A stretch of DNA of 64,000 nt, taken from contig CAVWVI010000003.1 in NCBI GenBank assembly GCA_963758495.1, positions 1,472,001-1,536,000 on the forward strand. The letters are read 5' to 3'. Positions 41,061-51,912 of this stretch are shown here, piece by piece. The translations under genes and the position numbers were made by a program. The notes under the pieces were generated by a model. It was not told where the DNA came from and did not search any database. It was given only the letters and a program-made list of their open reading frames with translations. Position 1 is the stretch's first letter. Every line of letters starts with the position of its first letter. The stretch is from Oligoflexia bacterium. GTDB lineage: Bacteria; Bdellovibrionota; UBA1018.

Positions 41061-41648
41061 ATGAAAATTATCGCCGGCCTGGGGAATCCAGGACCTCAGT
41101 ATGAGACTACCCGACATAATGTGGGGTTTTTAGCGATAGATCGCTTGGTCGATCGATGGCGCGCTACACGTGCAGGGTCAAAGTACCAGGGAGAAATTTA
41201 TCAGACCTTTTTTGGTGGAGAAAGTATTGCCTTAGTCAAACCCCAGACTTTTATGAATCTTTCTGGTAAGAGTATTGGTTCTCTCTTTAATTTTTACCGG
41301 TGCTTGCCAGAAGATCTGATCGTGATTCATGACGACCTTGACTTACCGCCGATGACTTTGAAGCTTAAAACCGGGGGGGGCACCGGAGGACATAATGGAC
41401 TCAAGTCGATTGATGAGGTTTTAGGAAAAGAGAAGAATCAGTACCATCGAGTGCGAATTGGAATAGGGCATCCCTCTCAGTCTGAGACGAACTCTAGAAT
41501 GTCTCCAGCCAATTATGTGCTTCAAGCCATGGAGCAGGATGAACTCAATGCGCTCGATCCTTTGTTAGATGGGGTAGCGGCAGCTATTGAAGAAATTTTA
41601 AAGAGCGGGATCCAAACTGCGATGAATCGGTTTCATCGTTCAAAATAG
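41061..41648 (+). CDS. pth: Peptidyl-tRNA hydrolase
   Basis: GLGNPG..YETTRHNVGF, KPQTFMNLSG, HDDLD, GGHNGLKS. Confidence 0.97.
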   Translation: MKIIAGLGNPGPQYETTRHNVGFLAIDRLVDRWRATRAGSKYQGEIYQTFFGGESIALVKPQTFMNLSGKSIGSLFNFYRCLPEDLIVIHDDLDLPPMTLKLKTGGGTGGHNGLKSIDEVLGKEKNQYHRVRIGIGHPSQSETNSRMSPANYVLQAMEQDELNALDPLLDGVAAAIEEILKSGIQTAMNRFHRSK

Positions 41649-41659
41649 GAGTTAGATTT

Positions 41660-42763
41660 ATGGGCTTTCAATGTGGCATCGTGGGACTACCCAATGTTGG
41701 AAAATCGACGATTTTTAATGCATTGACATCAGCTAAAGCTGAGGCAGCTAACTATCCTTTTTGTACCATTGATCCCAATACTGGGATTGTGAAAGTTCCC
41801 GATCCTCGATTAGCGGAAATTGCTAAATATATTCCTCCACAGAAGCTTGTGCCTGCCAGTATGGTGTTTGTGGACATTGCTGGATTAGTGAAAGGCGCCT
41901 CCAAGGGCGAAGGATTAGGTAATCAATTCTTAGGTCACATTCGTGAAACCAATGCGATTGCTCATGTGGTTCGTTGTTTTTCAGATCCTAATGTAATCCA
42001 TGTTGATGGCTCAGTTGATCCTGTTCGTGATATTTCTGTGATCGATACGGAGCTCATTTTGGCTGATTTAGATACGATTAGTAAGCGGTTTTCATCCATG
42101 CAAAAAGCAGCTAAATCCGGCACTGATAAGAAAGCAGCGGCAATCATATCCGTATTGGAGCCCGTGAAAGCCGCACTGGAGTCAGGAAAACCAGTGCGCT
42201 CTTTGGAGCTGAGTGAAGACCAGTTGGCATTAATTCATGACTTTCATCTGATTACCGCTAAAAAGGTGATGTATGTCGCAAATGTGGATGACAATGATAT
42301 TGGGAAGTCTGAGCCCAATGAGCATGTAAAAAAACTTTTGGAATATGCCAAAATCGAGGGTAGTCCTGTGGTGCAAATCTGCGGTAAAATCGAATCAGAA
42401 ATCGCAGAGCTTTCAGAAGATGAAAAAATTTCATTTTTAAAAGAAATGGGAATGGAAGAGCCAGGACTGAATCGTGTGATTCGTGCAGGATATGAGTTAT
42501 TAGGGCTGCAAACTTATTTCACCGCTGGAGAAACTGAAGTTCGTGCTTGGACGATTCAGAAGGGGGCAAAAGCTCCTCAGGCCGCGGGTGTGATTCACAC
42601 CGATTTTGAAAAAGGATTTATTAAAGCAGAAGTTTATCACTTCAATGATTTAATGAAATATAAGACCGAACAAGCGATCCGAGATGCGGGCGCCTTAAAG
42701 CTTGAAGGCAAAGAGTACGTGGTTCGCGATGGCGATATCATGCATTTCCGTTTTGCCGTTTGA
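41660..42763 (+). CDS. ychF: Redox-regulated ATPase YchF
   Basis: [53 protein letters not shown]. Confidence 0.97.
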   Translation: MGFQCGIVGLPNVGKSTIFNALTSAKAEAANYPFCTIDPNTGIVKVPDPRLAEIAKYIPPQKLVPASMVFVDIAGLVKGASKGEGLGNQFLGHIRETNAIAHVVRCFSDPNVIHVDGSVDPVRDISVIDTELILADLDTISKRFSSMQKAAKSGTDKKAAAIISVLEPVKAALESGKPVRSLELSEDQLALIHDFHLITAKKVMYVANVDDNDIGKSEPNEHVKKLLEYAKIEGSPVVQICGKIESEIAELSEDEKISFLKEMGMEEPGLNRVIRAGYELLGLQTYFTAGETEVRAWTIQKGAKAPQAAGVIHTDFEKGFIKAEVYHFNDLMKYKTEQAIRDAGALKLEGKEYVVRDGDIMHFRFAV

Positions 42764-44720
42764 GATGCTGACTGGTAGGGAGTTTTGCAGACGCTTTTGG
42801 TGAGATATGGGTAGTCCAAAAGTAATTAAAATCTTTGTGTAAGGAACCCTTGAGTTGTCGGGAATACCAGATGTAATTTCTGACAATGCCGGCGACATAT
42901 TCGCGTGTTTCACGATAAGGTATGGTTTCGATAAATTCCTGCATACTGACCTGGGCAGGGGCGCATTTAATCCATCGATCCACGGCTTTGGGACCCGCAT
43001 TATAACCGGCTAATGCCAAAGAGATATTGCCGTTAAAATATTTTAATAATTTTTTGAGATAAAGAATCCCTACTTTAATATTTCCGTCGGCCTCCAAAAG
43101 TCTTACAGAACTGACCGTGGAATCAGTATCGCTGGCTGTTCCTGGCATGAGCTGCATCAATCCGAGCGCGCCTACAGGTGATTTTACTTTTTCGTCAAAT
43201 CCTGATTCCTGCTTGATTAGACTTAAAACAAGAATGGGATCTAAGTCGTTTTGAACAGCATATTTTTTTATTAAATCTAAAAAATCGACAGGAAAAATAA
43301 TTTGCAACCCGTAAGAAGAAAGAACTCCGTCGTACCCGCGTTGAATGAGTTCAGTGATGACTTGAAAATTCGAATTATAATTTTTTGCTTTAGAATTTAA
43401 CATGGCTAGATAAACAAGAAACGGGCTGGAGAGTCCTTCGCGAGGTTTGAGAGCTTTGAGTTCATAAGTGGCGAGCTCATAAGCGCCTTCCGCTACTAAG
43501 TGTTGCGCTCTATTGAGATGAAACTGTTCGGGAGGTTGAAGAGCTGAATCATTTTCTGTCGCCATTGGAATGGTCATGCTGATAACTGAGTCAATAGGTT
43601 TTCCGCTGAGTTGGGACGCAAGAAGTCCATAGTAGCTCAGGGGAGAATCGTTTTGAAGTTCCGTAAGTACCGTTATCGCTTCAGCGTGCACTCCATCGTG
43701 CTCAAGAGATTGAGCTAACCAATATCGAGCTCTCAGGCGATGAGTGGAGCGAGGATAGTCATCTAGGAATTGTCTGAAGTTTTTAATGGCTACACTATAT
43801 TTCCTATCGAGATAGGATTTCATAGCAGCATCAAATGCCAATTGATCTAAGTCGGGAGCTTTATAGGGAATAGTCAGTTTATTCGCTATTCGATAGGTTT
43901 TCGTCTTTTCGGGAGTGAGTGAGGTAAATGCTGAAATCGCTTTAAATTCATTTGATTTTTTAAGGTACACACCGAGGAGTGTTCGAAGCCAACTTGTACA
44001 GAGCGGACCTGATTTCTTTTGGCAGCTCTCCGCGTATTTTCCTAAATGATAAGAATCAATTAAAGAAAGTTGATTTTGGGATTGGAGCCGATGAAAGGCA
44101 TGTTCAAAGCTGTTTTGCGCGAGCAGCCATTTGCGACTTCCCCAATAAGAATCTCCGATCAAGAGTTCTCCTTGGGCAAGGGAACTAGGCACAGTTCGGA
44201 TAAAAGGAGACTCAGGATTTTCTTTTATAATCTGTAAATTGAGAGCAATGGATTTTTTGGCTGCACCGAATACTTTAGTGTAGCTTTTCTTACTCATGAG
44301 TTTCTCTGCCTCTGAGAGATAAGCGGAGGCAGAAATCCAATAACCATAATCTGAATAAGTAGGATCTGTTTGAATTTTTGTGGCAAGCTTAATGGCTTGG
44401 GTAAACTGTTCTTTTTTAAATGCTTCAAAAGCCTGTTTTAATATCCGTACTTTTTTAGAAGAATAATTTTTTATTAGAGTTTGTTGAAGACGATCCACCG
44501 GTGATAATGCCTCGACACAAGATGGTGACGGAAGTAACGATGGATGTGGAGACGGGTTTGACGGAGACGGATTTAATGGAGAGGGATTTAATAATGGACG
44601 AGGTGCTTGAATCGTAGGACCAGCGTAAAGAGAAGCTGGAAAGAACGGTAACGTTAATGTTACCGTTAAGGATAATAAAACTGAGACTAGTATTGGAATA
44701 AATTGGTAAGTTCGAGCCAT
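42738..44720 (-). CDS. Exported soluble lytic transglycosylase with TPR-like N-terminal region
   Basis: Signal peptide; IKQESGF, GALGLMQLMPGTA, AGYNAGP, IPYRETREYV. Confidence 0.9.
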   Translation of the reverse strand: MARTYQFIPILVSVLLSLTVTLTLPFFPASLYAGPTIQAPRPLLNPSPLNPSPSNPSPHPSLLPSPSCVEALSPVDRLQQTLIKNYSSKKVRILKQAFEAFKKEQFTQAIKLATKIQTDPTYSDYGYWISASAYLSEAEKLMSKKSYTKVFGAAKKSIALNLQIIKENPESPFIRTVPSSLAQGELLIGDSYWGSRKWLLAQNSFEHAFHRLQSQNQLSLIDSYHLGKYAESCQKKSGPLCTSWLRTLLGVYLKKSNEFKAISAFTSLTPEKTKTYRIANKLTIPYKAPDLDQLAFDAAMKSYLDRKYSVAIKNFRQFLDDYPRSTHRLRARYWLAQSLEHDGVHAEAITVLTELQNDSPLSYYGLLASQLSGKPIDSVISMTIPMATENDSALQPPEQFHLNRAQHLVAEGAYELATYELKALKPREGLSSPFLVYLAMLNSKAKNYNSNFQVITELIQRGYDGVLSSYGLQIIFPVDFLDLIKKYAVQNDLDPILVLSLIKQESGFDEKVKSPVGALGLMQLMPGTASDTDSTVSSVRLLEADGNIKVGILYLKKLLKYFNGNISLALAGYNAGPKAVDRWIKCAPAQVSMQEFIETIPYRETREYVAGIVRNYIWYSRQLKGSLHKDFNYFWTTHISPKASAKLPTSQHLKRQNGNA

Positions 44721-44757
44721 TTGATTGCTAATCTAACAGCTTAATTCATTTGATGTT

Positions 44758-45336
44758 CTAGTTTTTTTCAATTTCTTGCAAAGCGGCTAATGCTGCGTCG
44801 AGTTCATTCTTGGCTTCTTGCAAGCTCTTGGCTTCTGGCAAAGAAGATAAGATTATTGCTTTTTCAATTCTTGGAATAGCCGCCTGAGCCAATTCGCGAG
44901 TTTTTAAAACTCTCGTCATTACGCCCTCCATCATGCCGTTGTAGTCTTCGGCCAGCTCTGGGAAATAATCCCCTTTTCGGAACCTGAGTCTTTGCTCAAT
45001 ATTTCCTGTTCGAGCCTCTTGAAAGAACTTTCTCAGTCGATACAGAGGACCTGCGATTTTATGAGACATGAAAATGCTGACTAAAAAAGTCAGAATAATC
45101 AAAATCCCTTGCATCAATACGAGCAGCCAAAGGAGATCAGACCTAGTTTTTTCCAGACCCGCTATGGCAGGGCCCATTGGATCCGCCGCTACATATCGAA
45201 TAAAATAATCAAAAAGAGTCGAAATCACCATGACGTAGGCAAAGCTGAGTGCGATGAGCCATGAGCAGACATAGAATGCGAAACGAAACTGAAATCTCTT
45301 ATTAATTAAGAAGATTCTTCTTTTGAAGCCGCTCAT
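44758..45336 (-). CDS. Two-TM membrane protein with HAMP-like domain
   Basis: KRRIFLINKRFQ, two TM segments, SHKIAGPLYRL...RKGDYFPELAEDYN; AGGA before ATG 45336. Confidence 0.65.
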   Translation of the reverse strand: MSGFKRRIFLINKRFQFRFAFYVCSWLIALSFAYVMVISTLFDYFIRYVAADPMGPAIAGLEKTRSDLLWLLVLMQGILIILTFLVSIFMSHKIAGPLYRLRKFFQEARTGNIEQRLRFRKGDYFPELAEDYNGMMEGVMTRVLKTRELAQAAIPRIEKAIILSSLPEAKSLQEAKNELDAALAALQEIEKN

Positions 45337-45527
45337 ATCCTGAAGTCGCTCATATTCTAAAATCTTAACGCTTCTTATGACCCTGTGCCAAGATTTCTTC
45401 CAAAAAGGGTATTTTCCAAGCAAAGGATGGATGTCCTCTTTGCAGGCGATGGCTATTTTCCAGATGCGATGGATGCTTTGCAGAGGCTTTAGTTACTTTG
45501 CATGTAGTGCAGGGAGTGTGGCGGTTA

Positions 45528-45845
45528 CTACTTTCCTGGCATCTTCAGTCTCTCCACGGGATGACCCCCCACAATGTGGGATTGAACGATTTCAGCTACG
45601 TCAGATGGAGTTACATTCCCGTACCAGACATTATCTGGGTAGACGACGATAGCAGGGCCAAATTCGCACGCATCCAGGCACCCTGCTTTTTGGGCCCTTA
45701 CCTCTTTGGCAAGCCCTGCTTTAGCTAGTTCTTGCTTGAATAGTGGAATCAACTGCTCAGAATTTTTGGCTTTACAGCATCCCCTGGGGTGGCCAGGAGG
45801 TCTTTCGTTAGTGCAAATAAAAATGTGTGCTTTAAGTTTTGTCAT
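45528..45845 (-). CDS. Thioredoxin-like [2Fe-2S] ferredoxin
   Basis: HIFICTNER...CC, AGCLDACEFGP, VVYPDNVWY. Confidence 0.9.
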   Translation of the reverse strand: MTKLKAHIFICTNERPPGHPRGCCKAKNSEQLIPLFKQELAKAGLAKEVRAQKAGCLDACEFGPAIVVYPDNVWYGNVTPSDVAEIVQSHIVGGHPVERLKMPGK

Positions 45846-45990
45846 ATAATGATAATAATCAAGTATAGTTTTAGAAACATTTTATTAATCAGTCACTTTC
45901 TAATTGACGACACTAGACAAAGCAACGAGTTTAGATTAATGAAAGATGCTAAGTTTTATATGTTTGTCTGCTGAGCTCAGTTTTTAATAT

Positions 45991-46065
45991 TCAGGAGTAG
46001 CTCAGTGGTAGAGCAGCCGGCTGTTAACCGGCTGGTCGGGGGTTCGAATCCCTCCTCCTGAGCCA
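45991..46065 (+). tRNA. tRNA-Asn(GTT), used as an integration site
   Basis: TCAGGAG acceptor stem, anticodon arm GCCGG-CTGTTAA-CCGGC, GGTTCGAATCC, encoded CCA. Confidence 0.97.
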
Positions 46066-46077
46066 TTATTCAGCACC

Positions 46078-46120
46078 AAATCCCTCGTAGATCATTGAAT
46101 CTACGGGGGATTTTTATTTT
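46078..46120 (+). terminator. Rho-independent terminator after tRNA-Asn
   Basis: AAATCCCTCGTAGAT-cattga-ATCTACGGGGGATTT followed by a T-rich tract. Confidence 0.8.
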
Positions 46121-46197
46121 GTGGGTGTGGACGTGGTGCAGAATGTTCGGTCGTGATTTCAGGTACCTATACGATTTGGTGCAGAGGCTCGTTTTTT

Positions 46198-46518
46198 ATG
46201 AAATGGAATGAATTGGATCTGAAAATCTCGTTGTCTCCATCGCAGGCTGTAGCCATGCAGGCGATGATTGAGAAGTTTCTCGCGAGAAAACAGCACTTTT
46301 TTTGTGAGCCGGTCCTTGAGAGCAATACGTTAAAAATAAATTCTAGCGACTTCATCAACTTCTTGGATCAGGCGGAATTTGGGAATGAGTTTGATCAGTT
46401 CAGATTAAAAGCGGCGGCAGTAAAGGCGATCTGCGCAGCGAAGGTCCGAAAACGGGACCCTCTTGTAGTCCAACATTATCGACGTTGCGAAGAAATCGTG
46501 CGTGAATTAAATCGCTGA
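46198..46518 (+). CDS. Hypothetical protein
   Basis: Open frame of about 106 aa from ATG 46198, co-oriented 22 bp upstream of the Lamassu-like genes; no recognisable motif. Confidence 0.45.
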   Translation: MKWNELDLKISLSPSQAVAMQAMIEKFLARKQHFFCEPVLESNTLKINSSDFINFLDQAEFGNEFDQFRLKAAAVKAICAAKVRKRDPLVVQHYRRCEEIVRELNR

Positions 46519-46540
46519 ACAATATAAGGTTTCAACCAAT

Positions 46541-47487
46541 ATGATTAGCGAACAGAGGTACATTGCTCGGCTACTTTTCAAGAATAAAGTTCTGAAGAGT
46601 GATGGCCAGGCTTTCGAGGACCTTTTCACTGCTATCATGACCAAGGCCAATCCCAACTTTACTCCGGTGAAACCTCAGGGGTCAATTGGCGATCGAAAAA
46701 ATGACGGCTGGGATAGAACAAAGGGGATTTATTACCAAGTTTATGCGCCGGAAAACCTAACTGCAAAACAATCTGATGCGATCAATAAACTTGAAGAAGA
46801 TTTTAAAGGCCTCAAGGCTGCGTGGAACGATATTGTTCCGATTCGAGAATTTCATTACGTTTTGAATGACAAGGGCAAGGGTTCCTATCCGACGCTTGAA
46901 GTGGCTTTAGCCAACATTAAGCGTGACCATTCATTGGACGAAGCACTGCCATTCCTCATCAAGGACCTCGAGGAGGCGGTTTTCTCTCTTAGTGACGACG
47001 TAATTTTTGAAATTATTGGTCACGTTCCGTCGCCAACTTTAATAGAGAACATCCAATTCTCCGCCTTGAACGAGGTTGTTGATCATCTACATAAGCATGG
47101 AAAAGGCCTAACCCGAGACGACGTATTAAATGCTCCTGATTTTGAAGATAAAATCAGGATAACGGCTTAACTCAGCCCATCGCGGCTATGTTGCAAACAG
47201 CAAGTTATCAGGTCGGGGAAATAGAGCGATATTTCGGGATGAACAGCCAATACGCAAAGGATGATTTGAAAGCATACTTTGTGGCGTGCTATCTAGCCGC
47301 GAAAAATCAATGGAAGGACGAAGGCGAGTCTACAAGAGCTGATCAGGTATTCTTTTCTGTTCTCGATCAAGCGGTTCCGAAAAACTCTCGTCCTTATCAG
47401 GATGCGGCTCTTGTTGTGATGGCCTACTTTTTTGAGGCTTGCGATATTTTCGAAGCACCTGGGGGCGGCCATGTTGCTACCCACTAA
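46541..47487 (+). CDS. Lamassu/ABC-3C effector (LmuA-like; putative restriction-endonuclease-fold N-terminus); one frameshift near 47160
   Basis: GQAFEDLF...VKPQGSIGDRKNDGW...YYQVYAP; C-terminus ...VVMAYFFEACDIFE typical of ABC-3C CTD; adding one base joins the two ORFs. Confidence 0.75.
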
Positions 47488-47719
47488 ACACACAAAACTG
47501 GGAGAGTCGATTTTGGGTTTGGGTTCTTTCGTTCTTGGAGCGCTGACGAAACCAAAAACAATCGATGAGCTATGGGCCGAGTTTCAAGCTGTGAATAACA
47601 CCGATGCGTTTCCGGCCCATCATTCATTCGACAATTTAGTTTTAGCCCTAGATTTTTTGTTCATGACAGGTGTGGTCGCTCAAGAGGAGCGAGGAAAGTT
47701 CAGACGTGAAGCTCGTTAG
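47471..47719 (+). CDS. ABC-3C middle component (LmuC-like)
   Basis: MLLPTKH...ESILGLG...TIDELW...FDNLVLALDFLF; overlaps both neighbours. Confidence 0.78.
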   Translation: MLLPTKHTKLGESILGLGSFVLGALTKPKTIDELWAEFQAVNNTDAFPAHHSFDNLVLALDFLFMTGVVAQEERGKFRREAR

Positions 47720-49427
47720 GCTTTTTGCAAACAAGCCGAGTTTTCACCCTGTGAAATTCAACCCCACAGGACTGACGCTCATTCTTGGCAAAGAGGCTGG
47801 GTCTGGTGAAAAGAAGAAGACCTATAATGGCGTTGGAAAATCGTTAATCATACGGCTGGTTGATTTCTGTTTGGGCTGTAAAGCCATAGAGTCCTTTGAA
47901 AAGAATCTGCCTGGCTGGGAATTTTCACTGACCTTCGAGATAAATGGAACCGAGCATACTGCCTCCCGGGCTACACTTGCTCAGTCGGCAATAGTCCTTG
48001 ATGACAAAGAAATAAAACTTGATGAATATAAGAAGTTCCTCGAAGAAAATGTTTTCGATTTAGAGTCCGACTTATCTCTCTCATTTCGTTCTCTTATTTC
48101 GCGATTCCTTCGCCCGAGTAAAGCAGCATATACCAAGCCCGAGATATTTGGTGCTAAGGAACAGCCATATAACTGTCTTCTGAATAACGGATTTTTACTT
48201 GGTCTTGACCCGCATCTAATTAAGGCTAAGCGTGACAAAAAGAAAGAATTGGATGACACGTTTACCAAAAAGCAAAACTTCGATAAGGACCCAATTCTTC
48301 GAGAATTCTATTCTGGCACAAAAGATGCCGATTTAGAGCTTCAGGCATTGGACGAAAAAATTGCCGCATTAGATCGCAACCTCGCAGTTTTTGATGTAGC
48401 TGAAGACTACCATCAAATTCGAGCCGAAGCTGATTTGTGTTCTAAGAAGACTCGCGACCTCGAAAACACAGCGGTCGTTTATCAAAATTCCATTTCTAAC
48501 ATTGAGCAATCACTTAAGACTCGCGCAGATATCCCAAAAGAACGAGTTATTCGGCTTTACGAGGAAGCGCAATTTCATTTTTCTGATAAAAATCTTCGCT
48601 CCCTAGACGAAGTTCTCGAATTCCAAGCCACCCTTCTTGCTAATCGCAAGAAAAGACTGCTCGAGCAGAAAAAAGCGCTCTCGGAACGTCTATCTAAGGC
48701 CGAGCAAGAGAGAAAGGAATTGGGAAAGAAGCTCGATGAGGCTCTAAAATACCTAAATTCACACAGGGCGCTTGATGATTTTGTAGCAGTGTCGAATCAT
48801 CGAAACGATTTAAATGCACGAGTAGGAAAAATAAGGGATTACCAACAACTCATCAAACAATATGAATTGAGATTAGAAGAAATCAAGATCGACTTAAAGC
48901 GCCAAAACATCAAAGCCCAGAGATATCTTGACGAACACCAAGCGGCAATAGATCAGAACACCAGTCTTTTTCGAGTTCTCGCGAAGCGTTTCTATCAAGA
49001 AAAACAAGGTAGAATTTCGATTTCAAACAACGACGGTGAAAATCAGCAACGCTTTAACATTGAAGCCAAGATCCAAGACGACGCTTCTGATGGAATCAAC
49101 GAAGTAAAAATTTTCTGTTTTGACCTCACCATCCTCCTTGCTCGACAGGGACATAAGGTTGACTTTCTATTTCATGACAGCCGACTTTTTGCCGACATTG
49201 ATTACCGTCAGCGCGAAACCCTTTTTAGGGTGGTACATGAATATAGCAATGCTAAGGGATTTCAATACATTGCCTCCGTAAATGAAGATCAGATAAATTC
49301 CTTCAAACAGAATCTGACCGAGCAGGAATACAAGGAGATCATCACCGACAGCGTGACATTGGAACTTACCGATGAATCTCCAAAGAATAAGCTGCTAGGC
49401 ATCGAGATTGATATGGATTACGAATAA
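47706..49427 (+). CDS. SMC-like ABC ATPase, DUF2326-type (LmuB-like)
   Basis: Walker A NGVGKS, long coiled coil, SDGINEVKIFCFD, FLFHDS, QYIASVN. Confidence 0.85.
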   Translation: MKLVRLFANKPSFHPVKFNPTGLTLILGKEAGSGEKKKTYNGVGKSLIIRLVDFCLGCKAIESFEKNLPGWEFSLTFEINGTEHTASRATLAQSAIVLDDKEIKLDEYKKFLEENVFDLESDLSLSFRSLISRFLRPSKAAYTKPEIFGAKEQPYNCLLNNGFLLGLDPHLIKAKRDKKKELDDTFTKKQNFDKDPILREFYSGTKDADLELQALDEKIAALDRNLAVFDVAEDYHQIRAEADLCSKKTRDLENTAVVYQNSISNIEQSLKTRADIPKERVIRLYEEAQFHFSDKNLRSLDEVLEFQATLLANRKKRLLEQKKALSERLSKAEQERKELGKKLDEALKYLNSHRALDDFVAVSNHRNDLNARVGKIRDYQQLIKQYELRLEEIKIDLKRQNIKAQRYLDEHQAAIDQNTSLFRVLAKRFYQEKQGRISISNNDGENQQRFNIEAKIQDDASDGINEVKIFCFDLTILLARQGHKVDFLFHDSRLFADIDYRQRETLFRVVHEYSNAKGFQYIASVNEDQINSFKQNLTEQEYKEIITDSVTLELTDESPKNKLLGIEIDMDYE

Positions 49428-49434
49428 GCGTCGA

Positions 49435-50215
49435 TTACTCAATCAACGAAATCCCCTCCCGCAACTGTTCTTCACTCTTCAAGTCCTTCTGAATTTGCTC
49501 CCATAGGTGGATGTACCTTTTAGTGGTGCTGATATCCGCATGACCGAGCACAAGTGAGCACAGAAAAATATTTCCCATGACCATTCCCGTAAATTCTGTG
49601 GCAAACGTATGTCGGCAACAGTGTGGCGTATAAGGCCCGATCTTATGACGACTACAGATCGACCTGAGATAATTACCAAAGACGTTTTTGTTCAAACCGT
49701 CAAAGAGCAGGTAGTTCTTTGGATCAGCTCCGTAAGGTTGTTTCTTGAAAAGCTCCTTCTGCTGAAGCCAGAGCTCGGCCAGAATGTTGAACGTTTCTTT
49801 ATTGAGAATTGGGATCGTCCGTCCATGCTGGGACGAGATAACCCTTTTTCCTTTGAGCGGTTTCCGAGCGACGATTCCATCGGCGCTTCTGAGCGCAAAC
49901 CTGCATCCGGGTTGGCTTTCCAAAACAAGATAGCCAAAATACTGGATCCCCTCTTTCTTGAGTTGGGCAGCCAGGCTTTTATTGGAGATCTCACCCTTGA
50001 ACAGGTCATCCAATGAAAGACCAAGCCCTTCATTGATCCTCAGACCGGTATCAACCAGAACTTTGAAGAAGTAGGCCGCTAACTTGGATTGCTCATGTAG
50101 GGCGGGATAGATGATTTCCTTCTCCGATGGTGAAATCACGGACTCCGCGTCTTTCTGGTTTTCAAGGTGTCTTGCGAATTGTGGGCATTGATCGAGTCGC
50201 TCGATCTTGTTCTTA
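49435..50215 (-). pseudogene. Tyrosine recombinase/integrase, 5'-truncated at the IS21 end
   Basis: DTGLRINE, HCCRHTFAT, LGHADISTTKRY (R-HxxR-H-Y); the frame runs into the IS left end at 50216. Confidence 0.85.
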
Positions 50216-50369
50216 TGCAAAATTTCATTATAGGGATCACCCCGATTTCAAGTTAGGGATCACCTCAATTTCATCGTAGGGATCACCCTGATTTCACTAT
50301 TGGGATCACCCCTCGGAGCGCCAAAACAGGCGGGTGTATAGTCCTCTTCAATTAAAAAGGAGAGAACTG

Positions 50370-51881
50370 ATGGCCCGGAAAGGATTAACTGTGGCGCGTG
50401 TAGAGGATATTAAAAGACTCATTAGAGAGGGACAATCAAACAAGTTTATAGCGCGAGCTCTGAAGTGTCGGAGGACACTAGTTGCAGATCTTAGAACCCA
50501 AATGGATCAACCTAATGAAGAATTAGCGAGTCCAGCTAAAAGCCCACTTTGGATTGAACTTGTAGACTGGATAGAGATAGCTAAAGAAATTTCCCTAGGA
50601 TTTGAACTCCTAAGAATATGGGAGGAGAAGGCAAGCCCAGTCACGAGTTATTCGAATTTCTGGAAGACTCTGCAGCGTAAGTTTCCCCACCTACTCAAAG
50701 CAACAGTGACCTTAAGAGACTTCGCTCCCGGAAGTCAATGTGAGGTGGACTATGCCGGAGATAAGATTGAATGGATCAATTCTCAAGGTGAGATTCATTA
50801 TGCGCATATTTTTATCGGGGCACTGGCTTTCAGTCAGTATTTGTTTGCCTGGGCCTCTGAAGATGAAAAGAGTCGAAACTGGCTATTGGCCCATCAAAAA
50901 ATGTACACTCACTTCCAGGGTGTCCCAGCCGTTACAGTCTGTGATTGCCTTAAGAACGGTGTAATTAAAGCCCACCGATATGATCCAGATCTGAATCCAG
51001 CTTATACTGAATTGGCAACTCATTACGGAACAGCAATTGTTCCAGCAAGGCCCCGACGCCCAAAGGACAAGCCTATCGTCGAAGGAGCTGTGAAATTGAT
51101 CATGAGACTATTCAGGTGGAACTATAGACGACACACGTTCTTCTCTCTTGATGAAATTAACAGAGCACTTTCTGAAGTGGTGAAGCAGATCAATGAAAGA
51201 AGTCATACACGATTTAAAACTTCTCGATTGGAGCGCTGGCAGCTTCTTGAAAAGAAGGCTCTGAAGGCTCTCCCTGATTCTCCATTTGAATCCATTGAAT
51301 GGACAAAAGCAAGAGTCCACCCTGATTCCACCATTTCTGTGGATCAAGTATTTTACTCAGTGCCATACCTTTATCGGGGAAAAGAGGTACGAGTTAAGTT
51401 AACTCAGAATCAGGTTGAGATTTTTTATGAAAATCAAAGACTAGCCATCCACGCCAGACACCGAAGACATGCCTCAAGAGTGATTCAAAATGATCATTTA
51501 CCTCCTAATTCACAAGCATATCGTGAAGCTACGCCACAGAATCTATTATCACAAGCAAGATTTATTCACTCAGATCTAAGGTCTTTAGTGGATGACTTAT
51601 TTAATGAAAATGCACTTGGGAATATTAGAAGAGTGCAGGGACTTCTGAGGGTTGCTCAGGAGGAGATCAAAAGCTCCGGAAGGGCATTGGCAGAACCTCG
51701 AATTATAAATGCCATTCAGCAGATGAGACGCTTTGAAAAAATCCGAGTGACCTACTTCCGAGAATGTCTCAATGGTCTTAAGAAACACCAATTTTCTCAG
51801 GCTCAGGATTTTAATATCCAGAGAATGCCTGGAAACCCCATGCTTCGCCAGGCAAATGCGAAGTCTGAGGTAGCAACCTAA
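50370..51881 (+). CDS. istA: IS21 transposase IstA
   Basis: PGSQCEVDY, VCDCLKNGV, PRRPKDKPIVE (DDE), YSVP. Confidence 0.93.
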   Translation: MARKGLTVARVEDIKRLIREGQSNKFIARALKCRRTLVADLRTQMDQPNEELASPAKSPLWIELVDWIEIAKEISLGFELLRIWEEKASPVTSYSNFWKTLQRKFPHLLKATVTLRDFAPGSQCEVDYAGDKIEWINSQGEIHYAHIFIGALAFSQYLFAWASEDEKSRNWLLAHQKMYTHFQGVPAVTVCDCLKNGVIKAHRYDPDLNPAYTELATHYGTAIVPARPRRPKDKPIVEGAVKLIMRLFRWNYRRHTFFSLDEINRALSEVVKQINERSHTRFKTSRLERWQLLEKKALKALPDSPFESIEWTKARVHPDSTISVDQVFYSVPYLYRGKEVRVKLTQNQVEIFYENQRLAIHARHRRHASRVIQNDHLPPNSQAYREATPQNLLSQARFIHSDLRSLVDDLFNENALGNIRRVQGLLRVAQEEIKSSGRALAEPRIINAIQQMRRFEKIRVTYFRECLNGLKKHQFSQAQDFNIQRMPGNPMLRQANAKSEVAT

Positions 51882-51912
51882 TATTGCCGCAATCAATAAA
51901 ATAAGGAGAATA

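Noticed and set aside
44520..44605. Imperfect 15-bp tandem repeats
   Set aside because: They encode a Pro/Ser linker (LNPSP repeats) in the transglycosylase; ordinary low complexity.
50216..50312. Four 23-bp-period repeats as a mini CRISPR array or iterons
   Set aside because: The variable parts are only about 5 bp, the units recur inverted at 52698-52771, and they bracket istA-istB. These are IS21 terminal repeats; no cas genes are present.
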